IMG/VR virus record: IMGVR_UViG_3300017989_002952
Location: 1-18,890 of that record
From: a virus
Lineage: Duplodnaviria; Heunggongvirae; Uroviricota; Caudoviricetes
Strand: one strand, 5' to 3'
Length of the DNA: 18,890 nt
A model generated the notes under the pieces. It had not been told where the DNA came from and did not search any database. It worked only from the letters and a program-made list of their open reading frames with translations. The position numbers and the translations under genes are program-made. Of this stretch, positions 18,440 to 18,890 are shown in pieces; positions within the stretch are counted from its first letter, which is position 1, and each line of letters opens with the position of its first letter.

Positions 18440-18487
18440 TGGTTGGGAGGAGACCCAACCACCCCCAGCTAGGCTCCGTCTAGCCTA
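18440..18487 (-). other. Two GC-rich hairpins forming a putative array leader / processing signal
   Basis: tggttggg (18440-47) / cccaacca (18454-61) and taggct (18470-75) / agccta (18482-87), between the stop of the 99-aa ORF and the first array unit. Confidence 0.6.
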
Positions 18488-18784
18488 ACAACAGCAGGCA
18501 GCGAGCTTCTTTCGAAGACGCTCCCGATTTTTGTTTTCTTTCTCTTTCAGGTCAAGTTTACGAGAGTTGTTATGAACTCTTCCAAGAGAAGCGACGGCAT
18601 TTGCTCTTGGAATAATTGCGTCATCGTCAACCTTCACTGTCTTCTTCAGCATACATGCTACAGGGTCTAAAATCTTTTGCATTTTGTAATAACCTCCCTT
18701 TCTTAGTCCGCGTCTCGCTTTTCTCAACCTAGAGATCGCTTTGTTTCTTTCTGGCGTTAAGCCACGAATACCATATTTCTTCAT
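18485..18784 (-). CDS. Very basic small protein (99 aa), probable nucleic-acid-binding accessory protein of the array locus
   Basis: 29 of 99 residues are K or R. ATG lies 1 nt after the upstream TAA; the sequence ends AACCC. Confidence 0.65.
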   Translation of the reverse strand: MKKYGIRGLTPERNKAISRLRKARRGLRKGGYYKMQKILDPVACMLKKTVKVDDDAIIPRANAVASLGRVHNNSRKLDLKEKENKNRERLRKKLAACCC

Positions 18785-18785
18785 A

Positions 18786-18890
18786 TTAAGCCGCTTTCAA
18801 TTTTTTGGATATCACCCCACTCTTAACATTTACAAGCTCGATATGTTCAGGTGGACAGTTATACATTCCGAAATTCGCTCCGCGCCTAGC
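18786..18890 (-). CDS. C-terminal 34 aa of a gene entering from the right edge; candidate RAMP/Cas7-like (Vipr-like) effector
   Basis: Not in the ORF track. The minus strand from 18890 reads ARRGANFGMYNCPPEHIELVNVKSGVISKKLKAA*, then TAA-t-ATG into the next gene. RRGANFGMY loosely resembles a RAMP G-rich-loop end (R...GxFGxF); the identity is inference only. Confidence 0.4.
   Translation of the reverse strand, partial: ARRGANFGMYNCPPEHIELVNVKSGVISKKLKAA

Noticed and set aside
17449-18488. Track ORFs 17449-17733, 17602-17835, 18043-18240 and 18228-18488
   Set aside because: They have no RBS and lie on mixed strands; they are by-products of the 5-nt periodicity.

Overview
Segment of a large tailed-phage (probably jumbo-phage) genome in the standard genetic code, with strong Shine-Dalgarno signals. 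1-12966 is a virion-structure block: two giant ~22-aa-repeat fibre-like proteins (the first 5'-truncated, with four LamG/ConA-like lectin domains) and a baseplate-wedge-like protein. 13068-17465 is accessory: a calcineurin-like metallophosphoesterase, a leftward four-gene operon (including an apparently inactivated HNH fusion and two paralogous HTH-like domains), and a His-rich zinc-ribbon protein. The key observation is the apparently empty 17538-18426 interval, a cryptic pentamer array: 161 units of [A-Y + 3 variable nt] in 12 blocks, each closed by a 7-nt unit. It is hairpin-flanked and lies downstream of a leftward operon entering from the right edge. Deleting the two constant bases of each unit gives contiguous, protein-like coding fragments (e.g. 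GCGHRWFTLDEI, QVKAAYIDYLDFK). This suggests an interrupted guide-RNA array, resembling but distinct from the GGY/NN VIPR RNAs. All counts and family assignments were made by hand, without database searches.
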